From NCBI GenBank assembly GCA_024635625.1, contig JAGXIQ010000112.1, forward strand, positions 74,121 to 138,120: 64,000 nt of DNA, written 5' to 3'. This document shows positions 51,165 to 60,638 of the stretch, one piece after another; the first letter of the stretch is position 1; each line of letters opens with the position of its first letter. Under the pieces are notes generated by a model. It was given only the letters and a program-made list of their open reading frames with translations. It was not told the origin of the DNA and searched no databases. The DNA is from Loktanella sp. (lineage in GTDB: Bacteria > Pseudomonadota > Alphaproteobacteria > Rhodobacterales > Rhodobacteraceae). The translations under genes and the position numbers were made by a program.

Positions 51165-54094
51165 TCCAATACCTCGCGCTGGGCTGTGTCGGCATCCGTC
51201 CACTCGCCGAAACGCGAAAGGTGATCATAAAAGCTATCGTATGTAGTCGTCGCAGGCGCCCGGCGCGCGACATAACCCCAGTCCGGTTGTTTGGTCATTG
51301 TCAGGAATGTCACCAATTCTGACCATACCTTGCTGGGCGGATGATCATCCAGCGGGGCAGGGACAGTCTTCATTGCAGCATTGAATCCAAGAAACGCGGC
51401 CCCGGCGACAGGCCGCGTACCGACGGTGGCAAAAGCTCCGCGTTCGATCATTGCTGCTTCAAGCAACAATTGCTTGTCGAACTTTGCCTGCTGTTTGACT
51501 GATGGGATCGCGCCGGTTTTGTAGTCATAGATAAGCACCTGCCCGTCGGCAGTTTCGTCCACCCGGTCGGCCTTGCAAGTTAGCTTCATGTCGGGGCCGG
51601 GGACAGTGATGTCGCCCCACGCCTCTAGCGCAAGAAGATCGCCGATCTGTTGGCGTTGCGCCTCGTCCGCCAAAAAGCCCGGCGCGAGGGATTCAAGTTG
51701 TGTCATCCATTGCAGGCGGACGGTCGGCCATGGGCAGTGTTCGGCCAAGACCTCTTCTGCAGCAATCAGGAACTGCGACAACGCCTCTGGCGACGCGGCG
51801 TTGGGTTTCAGTGCGATGAACCGTTCAAGTATCTCGTGAAATACTGTCCCCTTCATCGGCGCATCAGCGTCGGCTAACAGCGGGTCCAGTGCCCGCAGGC
51901 GGAGCACCTTTTGCGCGTAGATGGCATAAGGGTCGCGGTAGAGCGTTTTGATCTGGGTGACAGAAATATCCTTTGGCCGTGCCGCTTCGGGCGGGCAGGG
52001 CGCGGGACGTACGGCGCGAGCGACGGTGGCAGCGGGGGCAGAGATCGCGGCTGCCCGCGCGATCCAATCGTCGCCGCGCATGCGCATATCGGCTAGGGCC
52101 TGTGGGCCGTACTGATCTGGTAGGCCCTGCATCAAGTTCGTCAGGCGGTTAACCCAGCGCGACGGGACGGTTTCCGCGTCGGCGCTGCGGCGTGATCGGG
52201 TGACCCAAACCTCTGGCGCGCAGGCGGCTTGCTGATAGTCGTGCGCCGACAAACCAATCTGGCGTTCGGGTAGTAGTAACCCAGCGGCCTTGCGCATCGC
52301 GCGATTCAGCCAAGGGTCAGGCGTTGGCATACTCGGCCAAATGCCATCGTTCAAACCGCCAAGGATCACCAGATCGGCACCGCCGACCCGCGCCTCTAGC
52401 GTGCCCCAGATCAGGATGCGGGGGTCTGTGGTATCCGGGTCGCGGACCTGCTCCTTGGCAAGCAAGGCCGTGAACAACGCGGCGTAGTCGCGCAAGTCCA
52501 TGTCGCCGCCAGCATCCGCATCGCGGGCCAGCGCGTCACAAACCCCTTTGGCGGCCCTGCCCGGGGCCTGCAAAAACAACTCTCCACTCGTCGTGCCTGA
52601 AGGACCAGTTGCCAGCGCCACTGTCGCAGCAATGTGCGCATCTAAGTGCGTGGCGATGGGCATGGTGCCGTCGTGGTCCAACCCGGTCACAACCTGCCCG
52701 ACCCATGCGGCCCAGTTCACTAGACCTTCTTTTTGCGTTTTCATCCCGCCAACCCATTCGGTCAGCGTGTCGACGGCAATGAAGGGTGGGCCGTGACGGC
52801 GCAACTTCAGTTCCAGTTCTCGCGTCCAAAGCAGATGCTGGTTGCGGTCGGGGCTGCCGGTATGGGTCAACGGATGTTTTAGCAAAACTAACAACGCTTC
52901 GGCCGTGACTGGTTGACCCATGGCACGTACGACGTGTGTCAGCAGGCGACCCGGTGCGGACAGCACCAGTGGCAGGCCCGCACTATCGTCAGGCTTGATC
53001 TGCCAGCGGTCCAAGGCGGCAGCGACCTGTCGTGTCAGCATGCGATCGGGGCTGATCAAGGCAGCTGTCTGACCCGCAGCGGCGGCCTGCCGCAGGCGCA
53101 GCGCGATTGTCTCGGCCTCGGCGCGGGGGTTGTCGGTTTCCACGAGAGTGACTTGGGTGGTTGCGTCCCGCAAATCGCCAAGCGTTGCACCCTCTGCCCG
53201 CCATTGATCGGTGACGGGGGCGGGGCGCAGTGACAGGGATATCAGACGGTTACGGGCAGGTGAGGGGGGCGCAGCCGTTGTCCAGTCGGCGACCTCGGCG
53301 GTACGCAAATCAAGCGTCTGCATGATACGGGCAAAGCGGAACTGGGGGTGATCCTCGTGGCTTAAATCGTCATCCATGCCGTCCCAGACCGATTGTGGCA
53401 TGTCGCGGTCAAAGCCGGGCAGCACGACAGCGCCTTGCGGTAGGCGCGCGACGGCTTGCATCAGCAAGCCCGTCGCACCCCGCGATCCGGTCGAACCGGC
53501 AACAATGATAGGATCGGCTGGCGGTTGCGCGTGCCACCGATCTATCAGGGCCGCGACGACCATCCTTTGCCGCGCGGCAATATCGGGGGCATCGTGCCCT
53601 TCGGCAAAATAATCCTGCAGGATGTTAAGGAAAGCTAACGACCGCTGCCAATGGCCGGACTGATCGCTGACATCCAGATCGGTCAATGTGGCAGGATCAA
53701 CGCCTTCGCCATGCATCTCGTCCATCAGCGCCGCAAGGCTATCAGACAAATCGTAAAGCGCTGCTCGCGGGGCGAGTTCTGGCGCACTGTCCATCAGGCG
53801 GCTAACGGCGCGCGACAATTCCAATCGACGGCGCAGCGGCGCGATCGGGGCTGGAATTCCAGCAAGAGTGCCTTCGAAAGCCAGATTGGTTACAAGGTCT
53901 ACACGAGGTAATAGACGGGCGGGACCGGCATCAAAGACGTCGCGGATTCGCCGCTGCATGCGGGTCGTGTTCACAAGAATCCGAACGCGGCTAAGGTCGT
54001 CGGCGCGGTTGGTCAGCCCTTGCACAAAGGCGGTGGCAAAATCGACGCCGGGCTGTAAGCCAAAGACGCGAGGCCGGTCGGAGGGGTCAAACAT
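51161..54094 (-). CDS. addB: Double-strand break repair protein AddB
   Basis: IVAGSTGSRG, HPQF, IWGTLEAR, GLNDGIWP, SRWVNRL, RDPYAIYA, KADRVD..DYKTG. Confidence 0.96.
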   Translation of the reverse strand: MFDPSDRPRVFGLQPGVDFATAFVQGLTNRADDLSRVRILVNTTRMQRRIRDVFDAGPARLLPRVDLVTNLAFEGTLAGIPAPIAPLRRRLELSRAVSRLMDSAPELAPRAALYDLSDSLAALMDEMHGEGVDPATLTDLDVSDQSGHWQRSLAFLNILQDYFAEGHDAPDIAARQRMVVAALIDRWHAQPPADPIIVAGSTGSRGATGLLMQAVARLPQGAVVLPGFDRDMPQSVWDGMDDDLSHEDHPQFRFARIMQTLDLRTAEVADWTTAAPPSPARNRLISLSLRPAPVTDQWRAEGATLGDLRDATTQVTLVETDNPRAEAETIALRLRQAAAAGQTAALISPDRMLTRQVAAALDRWQIKPDDSAGLPLVLSAPGRLLTHVVRAMGQPVTAEALLVLLKHPLTHTGSPDRNQHLLWTRELELKLRRHGPPFIAVDTLTEWVGGMKTQKEGLVNWAAWVGQVVTGLDHDGTMPIATHLDAHIAATVALATGPSGTTSGELFLQAPGRAAKGVCDALARDADAGGDMDLRDYAALFTALLAKEQVRDPDTTDPRILIWGTLEARVGGADLVILGGLNDGIWPSMPTPDPWLNRAMRKAAGLLLPERQIGLSAHDYQQAACAPEVWVTRSRRSADAETVPSRWVNRLTNLMQGLPDQYGPQALADMRMRGDDWIARAAAISAPAATVARAVRPAPCPPEAARPKDISVTQIKTLYRDPYAIYAQKVLRLRALDPLLADADAPMKGTVFHEILERFIALKPNAASPEALSQFLIAAEEVLAEHCPWPTVRLQWMTQLESLAPGFLADEAQRQQIGDLLALEAWGDITVPGPDMKLTCKADRVDETADGQVLIYDYKTGAIPSVKQQAKFDKQLLLEAAMIERGAFATVGTRPVAGAAFLGFNAAMKTVPAPLDDHPPSKVWSELVTFLTMTKQPDWGYVARRAPATTTYDSFYDHLSRFGEWTDADTAQREVLE

Positions 54095-54770
54095 CGGCAC
54101 TTTCCATTAGCATTTGGGCCAGTGGGATACTCTCTGGTCGACCTACATCACACCAGCGTCCGGTGTAGGTCATGCCGAAAAGACCTCCACGCGCGGCCAT
54201 AGCGGTCCAGACAACGTTAAGGGAAAAAGCACTTTCGGCCACGTCCCCCAGTCGGTCCGTTCGGATCACTTGAGCCCCGGTATAGATCAGGTCGGGTGCG
54301 CGAGTCAGTCGCCCGTCGGGACCGATGCTGAAATCGCCAGCGCCAACATGGCCCTTTACCTGCGTGGGCGGAATCAGCAACAACAATGCTTCCATCTCTG
54401 GCCGCCATGCCTCGGCAAGCTGAGTCAGCGGGTTCGGCCCGGACCAGATCGCATCCGTGTTTAGGGTCATCACCGGACCTTCGCCCAGAAGTGGGAGGGC
54501 GTGCCGCAGGCCACCACCAGTCTCTAGTAAAGGGTCCTCAGTCGATATTGCTACATTTTGATCGGAGAGATGATGGCGGATCATCTCTCCGAAGTAGTGT
54601 ACGTTAACAACTTTTCGGCTGACACATGGCACGGCCGTCAGAGCCAACGCATGGTCTAGTAAGGTCTGACCGCCAACCGCGACCAACGGCTTGGGTCGGT
54701 CGTCGGTCAGTGGGGCCATGCGTGTACCGCGGCCAGCGGCAAACAACATCACGGCAAAACGATCAGTCAT
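54087..54770 (-). CDS. murU: MurNAc-alpha-1-phosphate uridylyltransferase (nucleotidyltransferase)
   Basis: FAAGRGTRMAPLTDDRPKPL, LETGGG, LNTD, WCDVG; adjacent to amgK and tsaE. Confidence 0.85.
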   Translation of the reverse strand: MTDRFAVMLFAAGRGTRMAPLTDDRPKPLVAVGGQTLLDHALALTAVPCVSRKVVNVHYFGEMIRHHLSDQNVAISTEDPLLETGGGLRHALPLLGEGPVMTLNTDAIWSGPNPLTQLAEAWRPEMEALLLLIPPTQVKGHVGAGDFSIGPDGRLTRAPDLIYTGAQVIRTDRLGDVAESAFSLNVVWTAMAARGGLFGMTYTGRWCDVGRPESIPLAQMLMESADV

Positions 54771-55717
54771 CGGCGGTCCTGTGGTGGGGGTAAGGTCGAT
54801 AGCACCACGTGGCGTAAATCGGTCAACGCAGGGTGTGCAAGGTCAGTGGATAGGGCATCCCATACGGTGGGCAAGAAAGATGCGTACTGCGGTTTTCCGC
54901 GTTGAATCAGCCGCGCAAAGACGCCGAGGATACGCAGGTTGCGCTGGGCGCCAAGCGTTGCCAGTTGTGCGGACAACGTCGCAGGCTCTATTCCGGTGGC
55001 AGTGGCAAAGCGCGCAATCTGTCGGGTGACCTGCGTCGAAGAAACAGTCCTGCGAATATCTCGCAGTAGCGAGGCGAGATCGTAGCCACGTGGGGCAACG
55101 AAAGCGTCCTGAAAGTCCAGAAGCCCGATCCGGTCAAGCCCACTGCGATTAGGCCGCCAGATCAGGTTCTCTGCGTGGAAGTCTCTTAGTGCGACCCGGT
55201 CCGCAACAGGGGCAAAAGCCTCTAGCGCCGCCTGCGTGGCCGCGACCAAAGGGGCTGGATTACAATGGTGGTAGGTTTCTGCTGTGATCGCGACCATCTC
55301 TGCACCGACTTTGGGCGTCATCGACTTTAACTGTGACGGAGGTGTCATTGAATCAAGCGCGACCAACACGTCGACGGCGGCGTCATACAGAACTTGCTCT
55401 GACGTTGTGGCGGTGGCGATCGCTAAGGTGTCGTGACCCAGATCTTCTAACAGTAGAAAACCCGCCACTTGATCACAGTGCAGCACCTGCGGTGCAGATA
55501 GTCGGTGATCCGTCAGCCAGCGGGCAATGTCTATAAAGGGTCCAACAGTTTCGCCCGTGGTTGGGTTAGCGTCCATCAGGATCGCGCTTTCGCCCCAAGG
55601 GCCTGTCAAACGTGAGTATTTGCGTGAGGATGCATCGCCAGCCAACGTCTCGGTTGACCAATCCTGCCATTGCGTCCCTGACAGGAACAATCTGCGCACC
55701 TTATCCCGTTCAAACAT
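54767..55717 (-). CDS. amgK: Anomeric sugar kinase AmgK (aminoglycoside phosphotransferase family)
   Basis: LAGDASSRKY.R, LLEDLG, LRDFHAENL, LLDFQDA, GYDLASL, QRNLRILGVFARL. Confidence 0.85.
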   Translation of the reverse strand: MFERDKVRRLFLSGTQWQDWSTETLAGDASSRKYSRLTGPWGESAILMDANPTTGETVGPFIDIARWLTDHRLSAPQVLHCDQVAGFLLLEDLGHDTLAIATATTSEQVLYDAAVDVLVALDSMTPPSQLKSMTPKVGAEMVAITAETYHHCNPAPLVAATQAALEAFAPVADRVALRDFHAENLIWRPNRSGLDRIGLLDFQDAFVAPRGYDLASLLRDIRRTVSSTQVTRQIARFATATGIEPATLSAQLATLGAQRNLRILGVFARLIQRGKPQYASFLPTVWDALSTDLAHPALTDLRHVVLSTLPPPQDRR

Positions 55718-56177
55718 GCAAGTCGCCCAGCAGTGCGTGCCAACGTGGGCTACCGGTTAAGTTAAGGGTATGGTGGTCCGCATGGGCGGCAAAATCGCAA
55801 ATCAGTGCATCGGCGGGGGTGTCTGATCCAAGCCTATCCGGCCATTCGATTAGGCATATTGCTTGATCAAGTGCATCGTCGAGTCCCAGTTCAAGGACTT
55901 CTTGGGGGTCGGTCAGGCGATAAAGGTCACAATGCCAGATCTCGACCTCGCCCGCGTCATACGTCTGTACCAACGTAAACGTGGGAGACGGTACGTCTTC
56001 GGCCTGATTGCTGAGTCGTGCGCGGATAAGTGCGCGGGCAAAGGTTGTTTTTCCAGCGCCAATGTCTCCTGTCAGCAAAAGGGTATCGCCCGCGCCCAAC
56101 TTGGGTGCGATCATGCGGGCAAGCATGGCGGTAGCGTCGGCGTCGGCCAACTGAAGTCGAGTGAAGGTCGGAGACAT
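55710..56177 (-). CDS. tsaE: tRNA t6A biosynthesis ATPase TsaE
   Basis: GDIGAGKTTFAR, VPSPTFTLVQTY, HCDLYRL, LIEWP. Confidence 0.97.
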   Translation of the reverse strand: MSPTFTRLQLADADATAMLARMIAPKLGAGDTLLLTGDIGAGKTTFARALIRARLSNQAEDVPSPTFTLVQTYDAGEVEIWHCDLYRLTDPQEVLELGLDDALDQAICLIEWPDRLGSDTPADALICDFAAHADHHTLNLTGSPRWHALLGDLHV

Positions 56178-56217
56178 GCTGCCAGATTAAATGACCCATC
56201 CCCGTCTGCAAGGCAAA

Positions 56218-57826
56218 TCAGCCGTTAAGGGCGCGGGGTTCAATAGCGGTTATCAATTGTCGCGCTGGGGCAACCAGGCGTTCGACCCGCGTGGTAAACC
56301 GCACAAGCGTCATTCCGCCACTCAGGGCGCTGACCTCGCAATCAAGACGTCGTCCGTTGTGCAGCAATAACTGATCAGACACCATGGGACGTTCTTGGCG
56401 CATGCGGCTAAACTCTTCTATTTCACCCCACAAGGCAGTGGGGGGCTGCGTTTGCCTTCCAAATCCGCAGGGCACCGCGCAGGTCATGGACCGTCATCTG
56501 GCCGTCTTCATCTGGACGCCAAACCTTTTCGTAAGCGGCATTGGTCATGATTAGAGTATTGCCGGACGAAAAAACAGCAATCGCGTCAGGCACGGCGTTT
56601 AGCACTGCTTGGCTTGTTTCTATTTCTGATCGGAAGCGGCGCGTCAAAGAGACTTCGGCACTGATATCCTCGAATAGGAAGGCCAGCGCTCCGTCGGGAT
56701 GTGGTCGCCCGGTGACACGGAAGGTCTGCCCGTCCGGCATGTCCCACCACTCTGTATAGGTTCCATTCATGGCCGCAGCTTCCAGCGCGGAAAACTGTTC
56801 GCGCCAGGAATTGTAGTTCTTAGGTTCGGGCAATTTTCGCGTTTCGCGAAGGCGATCCAAAACGCGGTCGATGTTGGGCCGTGCCGACAGAAACGCGAAG
56901 GGTAGGCCGGTCATGTCCAGAAGCGCCGGATTAAAAATCGCCAGTTGCCGCTTCTTGTTAAAGATGGCGAGGCCAGTGGAAAGATGCGCAAAGGTTTTAC
57001 CGAGTGTCTGTTGAAAATCCCGCTGCGCGCGTTCGGCCCGTACGGTCGCATTTGCGTCGATTGCAAAATAAAGAACTGATCCGTCCTTCGGGACAGCCGT
57101 TATCTCGAACCAATGTTCAGCTTTTTCGCCCGGCGATTGAAGGGCATGCCGCCCTTCGAACGTGCGAGGGTCCGTCGGCAGAGGCGGTTGGATATCGGTA
57201 AAAAGCCGCTCTCCCGGCCATATCTGCTTGCTACGATCGCCGTGCGGCATCAGACGGTCGGCATAGGATAAATAGGCTGCGTTTGCCCAGATCAGCTCGC
57301 CTTGCGCATCCTCTCTACAAATGAGTTGCGGAGTGTCGCGAGCGATGAGGCGGAGCAGATTAAGCTCTTCCATCAAGGTGGCGCCCTCCAGTTCCTCGTA
57401 AGCGTGGGATCCCGTAGCGATGTCGCAGGCGTCAAGACTGACGCGTAACAGGCCTCGTTCTTCGGTCAAGGTAAGGGTTAGACCACAGTCGGGCGACCCG
57501 GGCACTACGACCTGTGCCCCTGGTTCGAGGCCTTTGAAATTGGCGCGTAAGTTCGGAAACTGGTGACTTAACACCTGAATCAGGGCCGCCTGATCAGACA
57601 TATCCATCGCTGTTTCGGCAATCAGCGCAGCGGCACTAGGCGAGGCATCGATCAAGGTGTCGCGATCAAACAGAAAGACTGGCGTCGCGTGGTCAGGCAA
57701 CCGGATTTCTGCGCGGCGGGAACTGCGGGTCGCCGTCAAGGCGACGATTTGGGTCAATCCATATAGGCCAATCAATGACAGGACACCGGCGGCGCCAAGA
57801 CGCAAGAGTTCAGCTGACTCGATCAT
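56218..57826 (-). pseudogene. divL: DivL-like multi-PAS protein (Rhodobacterales type, no kinase domain), frameshifted at the C6 run 56440-56445
   Basis: PAS repeats (LIWANAAY, LAIFNKKRQLAIFNPA, PDGQTFRVTGRPHPDGALAFLFEDIS). Frame 1 ends in AAPHCLVG*; deleting one C gives AAPTALWGE... and continues to the stop at 56218. It sits between regB and tsaE, where divL lies in related genomes (recalled), and has an upstream CtrA box. Confidence 0.75.
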
Positions 57827-57870
57827 TGCGATTCCCCGCTTTTTATACCTTTCAACCATCTGACGGCGAG

Positions 57871-57886
57871 GTTAACGCGGACTTAA
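57871..57886 (-). promoter_or_regulatory. CtrA-binding site upstream of divL
   Basis: Minus strand TTAA-GTCCGCG-TTAAC, a full TTAA-N7-TTAAC consensus. Confidence 0.85.
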
Positions 57887-57896
57887 TGCAACTGAA

Positions 57897-59294
57897 TCAA
57901 TCCAAAATAGGCTGGTTCTTTCCTAAAGCGGGATAACGACCTGACGCTGTCCGGATCAGGGACCGCATCTGCCACGTCACCGTCACGATGGCCCCCGATG
58001 GCATGTCGTCCAACCGTCCAGACTGATTTCTGCGCGGGGCATTGGCAAAGGCCAACTGCGCGCCAGAACGTTCCAAAAGCGTTTTTGCAATGAACAGCCC
58101 CAGCCCCATGCCTTCATAGCCGGGCCGCCGCAAACCATCCAATGTAACGCGCTTGCGTCGCACGAAGGGGTCACCGATCCGTCCGATTACCGACTGCGGA
58201 AACCCGTGGCCGTCGTCGGCAATGCGCACGAAAACCTGCGTGTCGTTCCAACTGACCTCAATCCGGATTTGGTTTTGAGAGAAATCGACGGCGTTCTGTA
58301 TTAAATTACGCAGTCCGTGGATGATCTCTGGCCGCCGGGAAATGACAGGCTGGGGTGTGATGCATCCGGGTTCTGGCGCGATGTCGAACGAAACGTCACG
58401 TCCCCGCTGAATATGGGGTTCGGCGGATTCGCGCACGACAGTTTCCAAAAGGGCAGTCCGCAGATGCAGGTCATCCTTGCCTGCCCGACCCATGGATTGA
58501 AGGATATCGCGGCAACGATCGGCCTGTGTGCGGATCAGCAACGCGTCTTCCCGCAACTCTGGATAGTCGGCCAGATCTTCTAGCAATTCAGCGCTGACCA
58601 GTTTGATCGTTGCCAAGGGCGTACCAAGTTCATGTGCCGCGGCAGCGACTACGCCGCCCAAGTCGGTCAGTTTTTGTTCTCGCGCCAACGCCAACTGTGT
58701 CGCGAGTAAAGCATCGCCCATGGCGTTCATCTCTGTTGTCACCTGCCGGGCATAGATGCCCAGAAAAACGACGCCAATGACCAAAGAGGCCCAGAATCCG
58801 AAGTGGAGGAGGGGCGGCAGTAAAAGGAGTGTACCGTCTGCCAGTTGCAGCGGAACAGAGACAACGCTGATGACAGTGATCATCGCGATGGCCAGCACGC
58901 CAAGGGCGACGAAACTGACAAGGTGCAACACAGTGGCCGCGATCGTAACGGGTGCGAGGATTAACAGGGCGAAAGGATTGTTCAGCCCGCCGGTCAAATA
59001 CAGCAGCAACGCCAGTTGCACGATATCAAAGGCCATCATGGCGCTTGCTTCGCGCTCTGACAGACGCTTGTTTTCTGGGTAGATAAAACTGGTCAGCAGG
59101 TTCGCGACAATTGCAGCGCCAATGGTCATAGCGGCGGGGCCCGCCTCAATCCGCAGATCATAATAGCGTGTCGCGACAAGGATTGCGATGATTTGGCCGC
59201 CAATGGCAAACCACCGCAGGATCAGTAGGGTGCGCAGTCGCACCCAATTGCTCCGCTCGCGGTCCTGCAGCGCGTCAAGATCGTCGGGGGTCAT
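57897..59294 (-). CDS. regB: Redox sensor histidine kinase RegB/PrrB
   Basis: RLRTLLILRW, GGLNNPF quinone-binding motif, AHELGTPL, DRCRDIL (redox Cys), GMGLGLFI. Confidence 0.97.
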   Translation of the reverse strand: MTPDDLDALQDRERSNWVRLRTLLILRWFAIGGQIIAILVATRYYDLRIEAGPAAMTIGAAIVANLLTSFIYPENKRLSEREASAMMAFDIVQLALLLYLTGGLNNPFALLILAPVTIAATVLHLVSFVALGVLAIAMITVISVVSVPLQLADGTLLLLPPLLHFGFWASLVIGVVFLGIYARQVTTEMNAMGDALLATQLALAREQKLTDLGGVVAAAAHELGTPLATIKLVSAELLEDLADYPELREDALLIRTQADRCRDILQSMGRAGKDDLHLRTALLETVVRESAEPHIQRGRDVSFDIAPEPGCITPQPVISRRPEIIHGLRNLIQNAVDFSQNQIRIEVSWNDTQVFVRIADDGHGFPQSVIGRIGDPFVRRKRVTLDGLRRPGYEGMGLGLFIAKTLLERSGAQLAFANAPRRNQSGRLDDMPSGAIVTVTWQMRSLIRTASGRYPALGKNQPILD

Positions 59295-59393
59295 TGGCTG
59301 CTTATCCTTGCCTCAAGCGACTGTGCGCGGTTGTCCCATTGTTACGGAGGCTGCGATGCGCGAGCAATGCGGCGCTTTGGGAAAGGGACCGCC

Positions 59394-60002
59394 ATGACAC
59401 GATTGACTGCTATCCTTGCCGGGATTGCCACACTTGCCCTTGTCGGGGTGACCTATGTCGTCACATTGGGGCGCAGTACGCCTGAAAGCTGCTTCGGCAC
59501 CGCGGTCGCTGGTGGCGCAATCGGCGGTCCCTTCACGCTGGTGGACGGGGACGGGCAGACAGTTACTGACACGGATGTCATTACAGAGCCGACGTTAGTC
59601 TATTTTGGCTACAGCTTTTGCCCTGATGTGTGCCCGATCGACAATGCCCGCAACGCGGCTGCTGCCGAAATTCTTGCCGAGGAGGGCTATAGCGCGACGC
59701 CCGCGTTCATCAGCATCGACCCCGCACGGGACACACCAGAGGTGATGGGCGACTACGTACGCAACTTTTCAGACAAGATGATTGGACTGACGGGCAGCGA
59801 CGCGCAGGTGAAACAGGCTGCAGACGCTTATCGCATCGTTTATTCGAAAGAGGCCAATGGGGATCCGGATTATTATTTGATGAGCCATTCTGTATTTACC
59901 TACCTCATGATGCCCGACACCGGCTTCGCCACCTTCTTTCGCCGCGAGGATACGCCACAGCAAGTTGCCGATCAGGTCGCTTGCGCTATCGACGCCAGTT
60001 GA
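59394..60002 (+). CDS. senC: SCO1/SenC copper chaperone (PrrC)
   Basis: GGPFTL, YFGYSFCPDVCP, SIDPARDT, GLTGS, MSHS; ATG 59394. Confidence 0.95.
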   Translation: MTRLTAILAGIATLALVGVTYVVTLGRSTPESCFGTAVAGGAIGGPFTLVDGDGQTVTDTDVITEPTLVYFGYSFCPDVCPIDNARNAAAAEILAEEGYSATPAFISIDPARDTPEVMGDYVRNFSDKMIGLTGSDAQVKQAADAYRIVYSKEANGDPDYYLMSHSVFTYLMMPDTGFATFFRREDTPQQVADQVACAIDAS

Positions 60003-60052
60003 CCTGACCTGACGCAACCCTAATTCAGAACAAACACTCGAGGAAAGTTTTG

Positions 60053-60604
60053 ATGGAACAAGAGCCGCTCGATCTCGGCCCGGACAAGACACTGTTGCTG
60101 GTTGATGATGACGAGGCCTTCGTCAAGCGATTGGCCAAAGCCATGGAAAAGCGTGGTTTCGAAGTCGAGACCGCGGAATCCGTGGCCGCTGGTCGCGCTA
60201 TTGCGACGGCACGTCCGCCTGCATATGCGGTGGTTGACCTTCGGTTAGAGGATGGAAACGGCCTAGATGTCGTTGAATTGTTGCGCGAACGCCGCCCGGA
60301 TTCCCGGATTGTTGTCTTGACTGGTTACGGCGCGATTGCCACAGCCGTTGCGGCGGTCAAAATTGGTGCGACGGACTACCTGGCAAAGCCTGCAGATGCG
60401 AACGATGTAACCAACGCCCTGCTGGCGCGTAAAGACGAATTGCCTCCACCGCCTGACAATCCAATGAGCGCGGATCGCGTGCGTTGGGAGCATATTCAAC
60501 GAGTTTACGAATTGTGCGACCGCAACGTCAGTGAAACTGCGCGCCGATTAAGTATGCATCGGCGGACGCTGCAGCGCATTTTGGCAAAGCGCAGCCCGCG
60601 ATAA
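60053..60604 (+). CDS. regA: Response regulator RegA/PrrA
   Basis: LLVDDD, AVVDLRL, LTGYG, DYLAKP, RVRWEHIQRVYELCDRNVSETARRL.MHRRTLQRILAKRSPR. Confidence 0.99.
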   Translation: MEQEPLDLGPDKTLLLVDDDEAFVKRLAKAMEKRGFEVETAESVAAGRAIATARPPAYAVVDLRLEDGNGLDVVELLRERRPDSRIVVLTGYGAIATAVAAVKIGATDYLAKPADANDVTNALLARKDELPPPPDNPMSADRVRWEHIQRVYELCDRNVSETARRLSMHRRTLQRILAKRSPR

Positions 60605-60614
60605 CCTTGCGGCA

Positions 60615-60638
60615 AAGTGGCGCAGGTCTGCGCCACTT
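60615..60638. terminator. Perfect 11-bp inverted repeat between convergent regA and the HD gene
   Basis: AAGTGGCGCAG-GT-CTGCGCCACTT. Confidence 0.6.

Noticed and set aside
59295-59393. RegA-binding sites in the regB-senC divergent promoter
   Set aside because: GCGAC and GCGGC half-sites are present but lack a properly spaced partner; too degenerate to call
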